Positions 7,700-16,058 of a stretch of DNA of 36,398 nt are shown here, in pieces. Below the pieces are notes generated by a model that saw nothing but the letters and a program-made list of their open reading frames with translations, did no database searches and had not been told where the DNA came from. Position numbers and translations under genes: made by a program. The stretch is from an uncultured Dehalococcoidaceae bacterium (GTDB taxonomy: Bacteria; Chloroflexota; Dehalococcoidia; Dehalococcoidales; RBG-16-60-22): assembly GCA_964460815.1 (NCBI GenBank), contig CAYWRT010000005.1, positions 1-36,398 on the forward strand, read 5' to 3'. Positions within the stretch are counted from its first letter, which is position 1. The number at the start of each line of letters is the position of its first letter.

Positions 7700-8398
7700 T
7701 CACGTTGGCTTTGACATCATGTAGCCTATGCCGGGTCTGGTCAGGATGTAGGTGGGGTTCTTGGCGTCATCTCCCAGCTTATGCCTGAGCCGGGCTATAT
7801 TAACCTGAAGAAGGTGCGGAGCACCGATATATTCCTCGCCCCATACTTTATCCAGCAACTGGTCGGGCGTTACCACCCGGCCCGCGTTGCTCGAAATGTA
7901 AGACAGCAGTCTGTACTCTGTGGAGGTCAGATTTAGCTCCTGATTGCCGAACATGACCCTATGCGAGGCAAAGTCTATGGTCAGGTCTTTATAACGGAAT
8001 ATGGACTGAGGAGGCTTATCTTGGGTTCCAATGCGGCGCAACATTGCCCTGACTCGCGCCGCCAGCTCGCTGGCGGAGAAGGGTTTGGTTACGTAGTCAT
8101 CAGCGCCAATGTTTAGCCCTTCAACCTTCTCTTTATCATCACCCTTGGCGGTAACCATAATTATTGGTACCTGCGAAAACTCTCGGATTTGCTGACACAC
8201 GGTATATCCATCCATACCTGGCATCATGATGTCTAGCAGCACTAAATCTGGAGTTTCCTTCTCGAATATTTTTAGGGACGTTTCGCCGCTGCTGGCTACA
8301 AGTACCTGGAAGCCCTCCAGCTCCAGCACGCGCTTCATCATACGCAGCATCCGGATGTCATCATCAACTATCAAAATCGATGCGCTCTTTGAAGACAT
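7700..8398 (-). CDS. OmpR-family response regulator (REC + winged-helix)
   Basis: REC residues: ILIVDDD, LVLLDIMMPGMDG, IIMVTAKG, DDYVTKPF. The Trans_reg_C domain shows LTSTEYRLLSYISSNAGRVVTPDQLLDKVWGEEY...NIARLRHKL...ILTRPGIGYMM. The ORF extends to ATG 8431, but ATG 8398 has AGAGGTG 5 nt upstream, so it is preferred. Confidence 0.9.
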   Translation of the reverse strand: MSSKSASILIVDDDIRMLRMMKRVLELEGFQVLVASSGETSLKIFEKETPDLVLLDIMMPGMDGYTVCQQIREFSQVPIIMVTAKGDDKEKVEGLNIGADDYVTKPFSASELAARVRAMLRRIGTQDKPPQSIFRYKDLTIDFASHRVMFGNQELNLTSTEYRLLSYISSNAGRVVTPDQLLDKVWGEEYIGAPHLLQVNIARLRHKLGDDAKNPTYILTRPGIGYMMSKPT

Positions 8399-8470
8399 GA
8401 TAGCACCTCTCTTTCTGACTAGGGAAATCATCTTCCACCACTAATGTGGTCTTTGGCTGATTCCCTTCCT

Positions 8471-11299
8471 TCATGGTTGAACCCCTTTTATCGCCGTTAT
8501 TATGGGAAGGGTAAAATAGAAGGTACTTCCTTTTCCCATTTCACTCTGTACCCAGATTCGGCCGCCGTGAGCTTCCACCAGCCGCCGGCATATGGATAGC
8601 CCCAGTCCGATACCTTCTACACCCGAGGTCAGCCTTTGCTCGATTCGATACATCCGGTCGAAGATATTGGTGAGCTCATCAGCGGGTATACCCGGGCCTT
8701 TATCGGTAACGCTGATGACCAGCTGTCGCCTGTCTCGCCGGGCTGATATGAGCACTTCCGTTCCCTGGGGGGAATACTTGACGGCGTTATCAATCAGGTT
8801 GTCCAGCACCTGCCGGACGCGCTTGGCATCAATGTTTACCTGGGGCAGGCGTTTATCCAGAATTATAGCTATATGATGCTGGTTAGCCCTGAAACGAGCC
8901 TCAGCCGCCACCTCCTGGATGAGTCTTGAGATGCTGACCGGAGCTTTTTGCAGTTTTAGCAGTCCTGCCTCCATGCGAGACGTGTCCAGGAGGTTATCGA
9001 CAAGTTTGGCAAGCCTGTCTGTTGAATTATCTATGGATTTGAGGTAGTCCTTTTTTTCATCGGAACTGAGCTTGGGAAAATAGTCAAGTATCATGGTGGA
9101 GTACCCTTTTATCGTTGCCAGGGGAGTGCGCAGTTCATGGGAGACCGTGGCCAGGAGGTCGCTCTTGAGTTTGCTCAGTTCCTCGAATTCAATCACCTTT
9201 CTCTCAAGATATTTGCGTTCGGTAATGTCCATGAGGTTTCCCAGGAGGGCTTCTCTACCCTGGTACTGGATGGCGGAGACCGTTTGCATGACCCATTTAA
9301 TCTGTCTGGCTTTGCTGATAATCCGGTATTCGCACGGATAAGCGTGAGCCTCCTTCAGTGTGAATACGGTGCTTGACCTGACCACATCGCTGTCCTCAGG
9401 AGTAACAAGGCTCAGGAGATCCCTGTCTGACAACTCCTTTTGGCTGTAGCCGGTAAGCTTCTGGAACTGCGGGTTAGTGTACTGCAGCTTGTTATCCTGA
9501 AGAATATAGATGCCCAGTGGCGAATTATGGGAAACTGTCTTGAGTAGCTCTTCGGAGCGTTTGCGTTCGGTGATGTCTCTGGTAATGGCGACAAGTCCTA
9601 CGGGATTGCCCGAGGCATCTTTTAGAACGGTGGCATTTATCTCGGCATCAAATTTGCTGCCGTCTTTTCTCAGGAGCTTGTATTCAACATTGCCGCTGAA
9701 CCCGGCTGTCAGCCTCCTTTCAAGGTTTGCTCTGGCTCGGGCACGGTCTCTCGGCACCATCAACTCGAAGCGGTTTCGCCCAATCACGTCTTCCTTGTTC
9801 TCATAGCCGTGCATTTTGAGCATGGCTTCATTTGTCTCCGTAATATTTCCCTTCAGGTCAGTGATGATGATTCCCTCGGTCATTGATTCAAACATGAGGC
9901 GAAGCTTCTCCTCGCTTTCCCTCAGTTCCTCCCCGGCGCGTTTGCGCTCGGTGATGTCGGTTGTCATGGTGATGATACACGGTTCACCGCCAATGTTGAT
10001 TGGCTCGGCTGAGAAAAGCCAGGTGCATATCTCGCCTGACTTGATACGGATGTCAAATTCTTTATTGCTGACTCTGTCCCGTTTCTTCAGTATCTGTCGC
10101 AACGTGTTACGGTCCTTCGCCTTTGTCCACAAACCGAGCTCAAGGGCGCTGTGACCAATGACCTCTCCACGGGTGTAGCCGGTATAACGGGTGAAACTGT
10201 CATTAACTTCAATGAATACGCCGTCCTTGATCCTGTTGATGGAGACTATTTCAGGGCTGGAACGAAAGGCCTTGGAGAACTTTTCCTCCGATTGCTGCAG
10301 GGCATCTTCCACATACCTGTGCTCGGAGATTATTCCCAGCCGCTCCGCCACAGCATCAATGAGCAGTCTTTCCTCTTTTAAGAACGGGCCTTCATCTTTC
10401 TCTGGCCTGGCTTCCAGGTAAACGACCTCGACGGCACCGGCTCTGGCTCCATGTATTATGATGTCCGAAGATTGCTTCCAGTCTGTCTGCCTGTAGTTCT
10501 CTGTCTTGAACTCACTATTGTTAATGGTAATTCGGGCACAGGCAACCTCAGGGTACTGCCAGGCCCGGGGAAGCAGATTGGCTATCTCCTCGAACCGTTT
10601 GTACAGGGTGATATCCGGTGCTCCCGTGATGTTGGCAATATCATAGAGGAACCTGAGTTCTTTGGCACGCTTGGTTAATTCATGCTCCATCATCCGCTGG
10701 TGTTTGGAACTCTCGATGGTGTCCCATTTGCCGGCTCGCCTGATGAGGGCGAACTGGTGGTTACTGACAACGTCTATGATTTCAGGTGCCTGACAATTAT
10801 CAAGTGAATAGGTGCAAATGGCTATCACTTTGTATCTGCCGATGGCCGTATTTGCCTCTTCCTCGTATTTGACGAGGTTTTTCCAGGCTCCTTTGTCCGG
10901 CGAAGTGGCATTACTTATTACCCTCATGCCTTCATAGCCGTTGGCAATGGCTTGATTGAGTTTTTCAATCCAGTGATTAAAAACTCTTGGAGAGTCAAAA
11001 GCGCCGTCCTTAAAATACCATTCAGTGTGCGGGATTATCTCTATCTGTCCTTTTTCCAGGTATCTGTCAAAATCAGGCACGGACTTTCTCATCGCCTCTT
11101 CGGCACGTTTCTGGTCCAGAGTTTCTGAGGTTATCCACATGCAGAATTCCTTGTTCTCTAATCCGGTCCTGAAATAGGGCACCAGGATGTCAATTAAATC
11201 CTCCCTGGTCTGATAGAATTGACAGAGGTGTGTGCCCCAGGGCACATCGCCGATAGCATCAATTCCTGATTTTCTATATCCTTTCTCCACTCTGCTCAC
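8471..11299 (-). CDS. Sensor histidine kinase with N-terminal MEDS domain, GAF-like region, 3 PAS, HisKA, HATPase_c
   Basis: The N-terminus [36 protein letters not shown]...MRVISN...YEEEAN...ICTYSL fits the MEDS (DcmR-type sensory) pattern. There are three DITERK-terminated PAS units. The H-box is [12 protein letters not shown], with [18 protein letters not shown] and GIGLGLSI. There is no TM segment. The start is GTG, and there is no ATG before residue 54. Confidence 0.9.
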   Translation of the reverse strand: MSRVEKGYRKSGIDAIGDVPWGTHLCQFYQTREDLIDILVPYFRTGLENKEFCMWITSETLDQKRAEEAMRKSVPDFDRYLEKGQIEIIPHTEWYFKDGAFDSPRVFNHWIEKLNQAIANGYEGMRVISNATSPDKGAWKNLVKYEEEANTAIGRYKVIAICTYSLDNCQAPEIIDVVSNHQFALIRRAGKWDTIESSKHQRMMEHELTKRAKELRFLYDIANITGAPDITLYKRFEEIANLLPRAWQYPEVACARITINNSEFKTENYRQTDWKQSSDIIIHGARAGAVEVVYLEARPEKDEGPFLKEERLLIDAVAERLGIISEHRYVEDALQQSEEKFSKAFRSSPEIVSINRIKDGVFIEVNDSFTRYTGYTRGEVIGHSALELGLWTKAKDRNTLRQILKKRDRVSNKEFDIRIKSGEICTWLFSAEPINIGGEPCIITMTTDITERKRAGEELRESEEKLRLMFESMTEGIIITDLKGNITETNEAMLKMHGYENKEDVIGRNRFELMVPRDRARARANLERRLTAGFSGNVEYKLLRKDGSKFDAEINATVLKDASGNPVGLVAITRDITERKRSEELLKTVSHNSPLGIYILQDNKLQYTNPQFQKLTGYSQKELSDRDLLSLVTPEDSDVVRSSTVFTLKEAHAYPCEYRIISKARQIKWVMQTVSAIQYQGREALLGNLMDITERKYLERKVIEFEELSKLKSDLLATVSHELRTPLATIKGYSTMILDYFPKLSSDEKKDYLKSIDNSTDRLAKLVDNLLDTSRMEAGLLKLQKAPVSISRLIQEVAAEARFRANQHHIAIILDKRLPQVNIDAKRVRQVLDNLIDNAVKYSPQGTEVLISARRDRRQLVISVTDKGPGIPADELTNIFDRMYRIEQRLTSGVEGIGLGLSICRRLVEAHGGRIWVQSEMGKGSTFYFTLPIITAIKGVQP

Positions 11300-11705
11300 T
11301 GCTCGCTAACAAATTAATGATTCTAATTAATTATAGTAAAGGAATAATAGCCAATCCGTCAAGTGTCCAAAAGAATTCATCATTGTGCTTAATGTCTATC
11401 GAACATCTTCGTAGCTAGTAAATTCAGTGCTAGCGGTGATTTTTGCGTTTGAAGTATATGGGAATAGAGTCACCGATATATCACGAAGTGTTGACAGGGA
11501 CTCACAGCAATATTCATAAGTGGCCTTGATTTTCGTATGCTTATATGGAAATAACGGCAATAATAACGAGGGTCCACCGTGAAGGAGCTAAAAGTGGCCA
11601 GCAGGCGAATATGCCGATAACGAGCCGCGCAGACTAATCTGTAGTGGTTCCGGTTCCGCCGTGGTGCTGAGGAGGTGGGGTGTACTGCCGGTGATGCCTC
11701 TGATG

Positions 11706-11969
11706 TTACCAATTTAGGAGTGTGTTTTGGATTGGTATGCTATGCTTGGTCGCAAAGGCATAAAAATCATCCCTGTGTATTCGGTTTTGACCTCCGGGAA
11801 GCCTGAAGGCTGTCAGGTCTCCTTTCTCAATCCAGCGTAATACTGTTACCTTGCTCACCCCGCAGTGCCTGGCGACAGTGCCGGTGGTGAGATATTCCGG
11901 GTATCTCTTTTCTAGTCCTGTTTTCAAGTTAGACCTCCATAAAGGCAGTAAAACTGTGGCATTAACCAC
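11706..11969 (-). CDS. Excisionase-family (HTH_17 / MerR-superfamily) DNA-binding protein
   Basis: 87 aa. TGTVARHCGVSKVTVLRWIEKGDLTAFRLPGGQNRIHRDDFYAFATKH matches the excisionase-type helix-turn-helix pattern. Confidence 0.7.
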   Translation of the reverse strand: MVNATVLLPLWRSNLKTGLEKRYPEYLTTGTVARHCGVSKVTVLRWIEKGDLTAFRLPGGQNRIHRDDFYAFATKHSIPIQNTLLNW

Positions 11970-12186
11970 TCGGGTATCTCAGATTTACTTTTACCGATTT
12001 CCTGAAGTTTCATTGCGTTGTTCACGTGGTTAACTTAATTGATGGATGTTATGACCTTAATCTAGTAAAGTTAGCTCACAGCCGAATCACAAAGTAGGAG
12101 TGAAACTTCACAGTAATATCACACTTCGGTGCTAAGCCTGAGTTCTTATGGCTGGAGGGGAGTGTAGGAGGGGGGCGAAGGCTATT

Positions 12187-12464
12187 TTATCTTTTCCCAC
12201 CCTGCCGCCCTCGCAGCATCCAAGGCTATCTCGTTCTTCTCTACCCCGCCACCCCACATTTTTCATATCTGTTCCCACCCTAGCCGCCCTCGCAGCATCT
12301 GCGGCTTATCCTGTAGTTTTCTCCCCACCACCCCCGGAATAAGTGGTGACCAGTACGGGATTGCACTATCTCCAATCTCTCCCCAATACTCCAAGGGGGA
12401 AAAGGGGGGATATTCACGGGATAAGCCAATGATGGTACGAGGGTGGCAGGGTGGGATTAGATTA
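12187..12464. repeat. Cluster B of the same repeat family (2 forward + 1 inverted copy)
   Basis: B1 is 12187-12255 and B2 is 12265-12335 (C-rich orientation). B3 is 12404-12464 (inverted). The reverse complement of B3 shares a 21-nt identical run, TCCCACCCTGCCACCCTCGTA, with A2 of cluster A. Confidence 0.85.
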
Positions 12465-12550
12465 GAGACGAGGGAGGTTAAGGGGGGGAAGGCTAAAATA
12501 CCGAGACAACCAAAAACGAACGGAACCATCTGAAGAATTTTTAGTACAAG

Positions 12551-13177
12551 CTACCTGTGCAAAAAGGGGTTATTCCTGCGCTCAGCACCAATGCTGGTCT
12601 CTCGGCCATGCCCGGGATACACGGCAGTATCATCAGGTAATACCATCAATCTGGTATGGATGCTGTCTATCAGCTGGCGGCGACTGCTTCCGGGCATCAG
12701 GGTAGTACCGATACCGCGATAAAAAAGTGTATCTCCGGTAAATACTTTGCTGTCGGTGAAAAGACAGATGCTGCCGGGGGTGTGCCCCGGTGTATGCAAT
12801 ACCGAAAAGTTCAGGTCGCCAACATCTATAGTATCACCTTCATTGAGCAATCTGTCTGGCGTGAGAGGGGTCTTGTAGGAAATGCCAAACATCGTGCTGA
12901 AAGACCCACTGCCACGTAGAAACTGGGCGTCAGCCGTGTGAATAGCTACTTCAGCCCCGGTCCTGACCTGGATATCGTATAGGGCAGCAATATGGTCGGA
13001 ATGACCGTGGGTCAGCACGATAATCTTGATATCAAGTCCCGAATTACTGATGACCTGGAAAATATCTTGAGCATTACCACCGGGGTCAATCACCAGCCCT
13101 TCTCTTGAATTCTCTGAGCCGACGATATAACAGTTGGCTGATAGTGACCCCACCACCAATCTCTTGATAATCATCAT
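12551..13177 (-). CDS. MBL-fold metallo-hydrolase (glyoxalase II-like)
   Basis: 208 aa with the metal motif THGHSDH, later HTPGHTPGS, a TGDTLF Asp, and a C-terminal PGHG. Confidence 0.9.
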   Translation of the reverse strand: MMIIKRLVVGSLSANCYIVGSENSREGLVIDPGGNAQDIFQVISNSGLDIKIIVLTHGHSDHIAALYDIQVRTGAEVAIHTADAQFLRGSGSFSTMFGISYKTPLTPDRLLNEGDTIDVGDLNFSVLHTPGHTPGSICLFTDSKVFTGDTLFYRGIGTTLMPGSSRRQLIDSIHTRLMVLPDDTAVYPGHGRETSIGAERRNNPFLHR

Positions 13178-13284
13178 TTCGGCAATGTGGACAGAACCGT
13201 TTCCAAAATAGCAGAGTTAAGCAAATTAAGCAAGTCCTGTTTACCGGGGAGAACAATGCCGTCTAGTCTTGGGTAGCCGCAACA

Positions 13285-14130
13285 TCAGGAAGGGGTTGCT
13301 CGTATGAGCAGGAGTGGGGTGTTACCTCCAAGCAGAACCTTTTGGGCTACACTACCCAGAGACCAGAGGTTGATGGCATTATGACCGTGTGTTGACATGG
13401 CTACCATGTCAACAACCAGTTCATCAGCAAGGTCAATAATCTGTTCGGCTGGAGCGCCAACCCTAACCTCGTATCTCGCGCTGATGTGCATGTTTTCAAG
13501 CTGGTGGCACCACCTCTGCAGGTAAGCTTCAGTATCTGAATAGGTGTGATTGTTCTTAGGTACTACCTGAAGCAAAGTGAGTTCCATTTGGAGACTGGGT
13601 GCCAGCTCTGTAATATAGGGGATTATGGCTTCGCTTCCCACCGAGCCGTCCAGAGGCACAAGAGCTGTCTTCAGTATGCGCTTGGCACGTATATCAAGAT
13701 GAGAGCCCTTGGCTCTGATGAGCAATAGGGGCTGACTGGTAGCCGCCCTCACCACTTTATCAGCAACGCTTCCTACAGCCCAGCGGCTGATGCCAGACCG
13801 ACCATGTGTTGCCATGGCAATTAAATTTGGAGTCCCTTTGCTGATGTAATCTAAGATACCCTCGGCGGGGTTGCCTGTCCGTGTCGCCGTTCCTATGCTG
13901 ATTTCCTGGCCCTCTGACTTACTAAGATATTTATCAACATGGCGTTTGGTTGCCTCCACCTTTTTCATGGCGTAGTTGTGATGCTCTTGGTACGCCTGAG
14001 CCTCGTCGGACGGAAGAACTGACAAAAGGATTATCTCAGACCCCATCTTTCCCGCTATTTCCTCGGCGAAAGGCAGGGCTACCTCAGCCAGCGGGGAACC
14101 ATCCAAGGGAACAACTATTTTTTCATACAT
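13285..14130 (-). CDS. Universal stress protein with two tandem Usp domains
   Basis: Two UspA-like halves each end in an ATP-binding-type G-x2-G-x9-G(S/T) block (MATHGRSGISRWAVGSVADKV; MSTHGHNAINLWSLGSVAQKV). ATG 14130 (MYEKIVVPLDGS) is preferred over the upstream ATG 14166. Confidence 0.9.
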   Translation of the reverse strand: MYEKIVVPLDGSPLAEVALPFAEEIAGKMGSEIILLSVLPSDEAQAYQEHHNYAMKKVEATKRHVDKYLSKSEGQEISIGTATRTGNPAEGILDYISKGTPNLIAMATHGRSGISRWAVGSVADKVVRAATSQPLLLIRAKGSHLDIRAKRILKTALVPLDGSVGSEAIIPYITELAPSLQMELTLLQVVPKNNHTYSDTEAYLQRWCHQLENMHISARYEVRVGAPAEQIIDLADELVVDMVAMSTHGHNAINLWSLGSVAQKVLLGGNTPLLLIRATPS

Positions 14131-14174
14131 TGTCTTAACCTTAATTAATAAAAATCTATACCGCAATAATGAGA

Positions 14175-14561
14175 CTACGAGCTGACCGGCGTGGGCTGGT
14201 TGAGTGAGATGCGATGGAGCAGGGACTGTACTCTAGCCATGAACTCCAGTGGACCGAATGCTTTTCTCATGAAGTAGTCGGCACCGGCGTTAATTGCCCT
14301 GACACAGGTGTCGGTACTGGCATTTTGGCTGATGACAATGAGAGGCATGCCGGACAGGTGCCGAATTTGCTCACAAAGCCGCCAGCTTTCAGCCTCGTGG
14401 CTTTCCCGTACGATTACTATATCATAGGCCTGAGTATTCAACTTTTTTAAGCCTGCGTCAGAATTATGCACCATATCAACCCTGTATCCCTTTTTGATTA
14501 GAAGTTGAGAATCGGGCGTGTGTGAAATTATGTTATTAATAATAAGAGCTTTCTTACTCAT
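14175..14561 (-). CDS. Degenerate receiver-domain protein (pseudo-receiver)
   Basis: 128 aa that aligns end-to-end with the REC domains in this window. It has NN for the acidic DD pair (ALIINNIIS) and Arg for the phospho-acceptor Asp (DIVIVRESH). Ser (LIVISQ) and the ...ADYFMRKAF block are retained. Confidence 0.8.
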   Translation of the reverse strand: MSKKALIINNIISHTPDSQLLIKKGYRVDMVHNSDAGLKKLNTQAYDIVIVRESHEAESWRLCEQIRHLSGMPLIVISQNASTDTCVRAINAGADYFMRKAFGPLEFMARVQSLLHRISLNQPTPVSS

Positions 14562-14694
14562 CCTTATAGCTTAGAATGTAGTATATCCGTATACAGGTGA
14601 AAAGCAGATTAGCCTTTATTTCTTTTGGGGGTCTACTCCCATTCTGTTTTTGGAAACGGGGGTAGCCTTCAGTAAAAATAGGTTTTTTCTTTTA

Positions 14695-14703
14695 TGCTAT
14701 AAT
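14695..14703 (+). promoter_or_regulatory. Extended -10 promoter (TGCTATAAT) for MFS copy 1
   Basis: TGCTATAAT lies inside a ~65-nt block (14681-14748). That block is repeated almost verbatim upstream of MFS copy 3 (17350-17415). Confidence 0.45.
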
Positions 14704-14745
14704 GGGTTGGCTCTGATAATAGAAGCTGCTGAGAAATGGTTTATC

Positions 14746-16005
14746 GTGGAAAATAAGGAAGTCAGCCCGCCCCGCCGGAATGAACCACGGTTTTTTTACG
14801 GCTATATCGTGGTTATAGCTGCCTTCTTGATACTGGTTATCACGTTCGGCCCACATTCTGCGTTTGGTCTATTCTTAAATCCGTTGCTGGATGAGTTTGG
14901 CTGGACCAGAGCCATGACCTCGGGTGCCTTCTCACTGTCCATGTTTATCTATGGCTTAATGAGCATTATCTCAGGAGGACTAACTGACAGGTTCGGTCCC
15001 AGGGTGGTAGTGTCACTCTGTGGCCTGTGTATCGGGGTGGGGTTTATGCTGATGTCGCAGGTCAATTCTCTCTGGCAGCTGTACCTGTTCTTCGGGGTAA
15101 TAGCCGGTATCGGCATGAGTGCCGTTTGGGTCCCGCAGATGTCCTCAGTCGCCAGGTGGTTTGTTAAAAGAAGGAGCCTGATGACGGGCATTATTATAGC
15201 CGGCGCGGGCATAAGTCAATTGATTGCACCGCCGGTGATTAGTCGGCTTATTGCTGCTTTTGATTGGCGTCTCACCTATGTCATAATGGGGGGCGCCATT
15301 TTGGTAGTTATCGTTTTAGCGGCTCAGTTTCTGCGGCGCGACCCGGCTCAAATGGGACTGCTGCCCTATGGCATGAATGAAGGGTTACAACCAGAGTTGA
15401 AATCAGGGACTGAGGACTTCTCCTTCAAGGAGGCCGTTAATACGGCACAGTTCTGGGAAGTTTTCACTATGTTGTTCTGCTCCGGGTTTGGCTTTATGGG
15501 TCTTATGGTGCATATTGTGCCCCATGCCATTGAACTGGGAGTCTCAGCCGTCAGTGCCGCCAATATTTTAGCGGTTATGGGCGGGGTAGGTATCATCGGT
15601 AATTATGTCCTGGGGGGCATGGCTGACAGAATTGGCAACAGGCGAGTTTTTATTATTGGTTTTATTCTGATGGCGGCAGCTTTGTTCGGTCTGATGCCGG
15701 CCAGAGAGTTGTGGGCGCTTTACCTCTTTGCCGTTGTCTTTGGCTTCGCTTTTGGAGGTGTTGGCACCGTAGAGTCGCCTCTGGTAGCCGGGCTTTTTGG
15801 CTTGAGTTCCCATGGTTTGATTTACGGGGTTGTTCACGTCGGCTTTACCGTGGGAGCTGCTGCCGGTCCGTTTTTGACCGGTTATATATTTGATGTCAAT
15901 GGCAGCTATCAAATGGCTTTCTTAGTTGCGGCTGTTGTCGGCATTGTCGGTGTCATAATGTCATCAATATTAAGACCAACCAGAAGGATGGTTAGCAGGC
16001 TCTAG
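14746..16005 (+). CDS. MFS transporter, oxalate/formate antiporter (OFA)-like, paralog 1
   Basis: 12-TM MFS pattern with the loop 2-3 motif GGLTDRFGPR. GTG 14746 is homologous to the only possible start of paralog 2 and gives 419 aa, against 420 and 420 for the other copies. The ORF-track start at 14650 (TTG) lies upstream of the -10 box. Confidence 0.9.
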   Translation: MENKEVSPPRRNEPRFFYGYIVVIAAFLILVITFGPHSAFGLFLNPLLDEFGWTRAMTSGAFSLSMFIYGLMSIISGGLTDRFGPRVVVSLCGLCIGVGFMLMSQVNSLWQLYLFFGVIAGIGMSAVWVPQMSSVARWFVKRRSLMTGIIIAGAGISQLIAPPVISRLIAAFDWRLTYVIMGGAILVVIVLAAQFLRRDPAQMGLLPYGMNEGLQPELKSGTEDFSFKEAVNTAQFWEVFTMLFCSGFGFMGLMVHIVPHAIELGVSAVSAANILAVMGGVGIIGNYVLGGMADRIGNRRVFIIGFILMAAALFGLMPARELWALYLFAVVFGFAFGGVGTVESPLVAGLFGLSSHGLIYGVVHVGFTVGAAAGPFLTGYIFDVNGSYQMAFLVAAVVGIVGVIMSSILRPTRRMVSRL

Positions 16006-16058
16006 CTTTCTCGATAAAAGTATGTCGAGGGATGTAAATACCTTAGAACTGATTTATC

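Noticed and set aside
11470-11712. 80-aa minus-strand ORF in the gap between the HTH gene and the kinase.
   Set aside because: It has no RBS and an odd Arg/Ser/Tyr/Cys-rich composition. It overlaps the HTH gene's stop region and matches no recognisable family.
7231-12464. Could the repeats be a CRISPR array or IS/MITE terminal inverted repeats?
   Set aside because: There are no regularly spaced identical direct repeats with unique spacers, and the units occur in both orientations with variable spacing. There are no cas genes, and no transposase or integrase ORF in the window. A MITE/REP-type origin stays open and is reported as a finding rather than called as a mobile element.
14650-14745. 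Long N-terminal extensions of MFS copy 1 (TTG 14650) and copy 3 (ATG 17374) as given on the ORF track.
   Set aside because: The extensions cover the conserved TGCTATAAT -10 box and leader. Copy 2 can only start at the homologous GTG. Using that GTG gives 419, 420 and 420 aa for the three copies.
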